Positions 62,404 through 64,000 of a stretch of 64,000 nt of DNA are shown here, in pieces. Where the stretch lies: positions 363,320,001 through 363,384,000 of the forward strand of contig OZ024740.1 in assembly GCA_964016885.1 (NCBI GenBank), written 5' to 3'. The position numbers were made by a program, and so were the translations under genes. The notes beneath the pieces are model-generated. The model was given only the letters and a program-made list of their open reading frames with translations. It made no database searches and was not told the DNA's origin. Source of the stretch: Eledone cirrhosa (lineage: Eukaryota). Position 1 is the stretch's first letter. Every line of letters begins with the position of its first letter.

Positions 62404-63011
62404 TGGTAGCTGCCAACTCGTTTTCGAGTACGGCCACTACTTTATATCCATGTAAGAGAACCCCTACCGATGCGCTGAACGAGTGTGACTTTTAGTCCAG
62501 CCAGTGACTTGAAAACTCTGGTACAAACACTACACCTTTGACAATTATTGACACATAGTGCTGGGCCCATGGTACCATGTGACGACAAGTGCAGAGAGAT
62601 CTCCAGATATAAAGCAATGCCTGTGCCGTGAAGCTTTTATAGTGAGCAAAGGCACTGCACAAAGCCAGTCCCACTCTCTTAACCAAGATGTTATTTACCA
62701 AAAAGAAGAACAAGTCAACATCATTGGATACCATCAGAGTTGCAGGTGTTATATCAGAGTTTTCCTTCTCCTTGAATTCTGCCTTGACAAAGGCTAAGGG
62801 GTCATCTCTCCCAGTGATTTTGGATGGCCATTGACTCTTAAAAGCTCCTTTGCCCTTTGACAGGTTTTGTTTTTAGTCCTGCAGGATGTCCAATGTCACC
62901 CTCCTCACCAAGAAACCTTGGTGGGGTTGCCAGTTTAGTCGCCAACGACCCGGCAATGGGACAGGTTGTACTGGGATACATGTTACCAGTAGCACCAACT
63001 GGTGACCTGAC
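62404..63011 (-). mobile_element. Complete ~600-bp copy of the (TA)n-embedded repeat family
   Basis: Contains in one piece the parts found separately at 9903-10090 and 8965-9418; flanked by (TA)n on both sides. Confidence 0.8.
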
Positions 63012-63012
63012 A

Positions 63013-63053
<41 letters not shown>

Positions 63054-63093
63054 ATATATACATAATATATACATATATATATATATATGATAC

Positions 63094-63142
<49 letters not shown>

Positions 63143-63169
63143 ACATATATATATACATATATATATATA

Positions 63170-63885
63170 TCGAGAGAAGGCTACGTTGGTATGGTCACGT
63201 GATGCGCATGAAAGACGACAGCTGTATAACAAAGTGCAGGGCAATAAAGATAGACGGTAGCTACAGAGTAGGCAGACCCAGAAAAACCTGGGACGAGCTG
63301 ATAAATTCTGACCTCACACACTTACACCTCTCCAAGACAATGTCACTGGACCGAGACCTTTGGCGGTACTCAGTAATAGAGAAGACCCGCCTTACCTAAA
63401 TACAAAGTAAAACCTACTACAGCCAGTAGGCATCTCTAACAAAATACACCCCGGTCCCACCACCCCCCACCCCATCCACACCGCCCCTTCAATGTAAAGT
63501 TATGTTGGTGCCACAACTTCCAGGCCGAAACAAATGAGATCGTGTAGACACAGTCCACGCTGTAATGTGGTCGTGTAGGCAGCACGGTAAAAACCTCCCA
63601 GCCCCACACTGTAAATGTGGTTGGTGTTAGGAAGGGCATCCAGCTGTAGAAAACCTGCCAGACAGTCCACGCTTTAATGTGGCCGTGTAGGCAACACGGT
63701 AAAAACCTCCCAGCCCCACACTGTAAATGTGGTTGGTGTAAGGAAGGGCATCCAGCTGTAGAAAACCCGCCAGATAGTCCTATGCGAGCAAGACAAACAC
63801 TCTTGCCTCAAGTGGGAAAACCCCCGTCCAAACCCATGCAAGCGTGGAACACGGACGTTAAACGTTGATGATGATCATGATGATA
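63170..63885 (+). mobile_element. RTE 3' fragment followed by SINE-type tandem units and (GAT)n tail
   Basis: [27 protein letters not shown], then duplicated aaaaacctcccagccccacactgtaaatgtgg units. Confidence 0.75.
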
Positions 63886-64000
63886 TATATATACACACAT
63901 CATCATCATCATCATCATCACCGTTTTACGTCCGTTCTTCCACGCTAGCATGGGTTAGACGGGTTGTCCTGTTGTGGGCAGTGTCTGGTCGGCTGACCAT

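Noticed and set aside
60209-64000. Further upstream RECQL exons (Zn-binding and helicase domains)
   Set aside because: No matching motifs seen; they probably lie beyond the window end.

Overview
Repeat-rich animal genomic DNA. The SINE/RTE families, microsatellite load and gene sequence suggest a coleoid cephalopod such as Octopus (inference). One host gene is visible: the last two coding exons of a RECQL/RecQ1 helicase on the minus strand (59939-60208 and 43796-44085), joined by a 15.9-kb phase-1 intron. That intron holds a defective piggyBac element (45096-58954). A 10-codon piece of its transposase (NTGPQHTLPP) has been amplified into a ~12.2-kb satellite of ~400 30-bp units with higher-order structure, and the giant ORFs in this region are by-products of the array. 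The rest is decayed transposons: two Chapaev3-like (CMC) elements, hAT and Tc1/mariner remnants, tandem non-autonomous Helitrons, an R4-like LINE, several RTE LINEs with partner SINEs, a CsRn1-clade Gypsy element nested in an RTE nested in a Penelope element, and a near-complete Neptune-type Penelope element. The most interesting signals are the transposase-derived satellite, a candidate -1 ribosomal frameshift (U UUU UUA) joining a coiled-coil ORF1 to the RT ORF of the Neptune element, and hammerhead ribozyme motifs in an inverted repeat at 0.16-1.68 kb. No CRISPR array, rRNA or intact tRNA was found, and I cannot claim a wholly new system from sequence alone.
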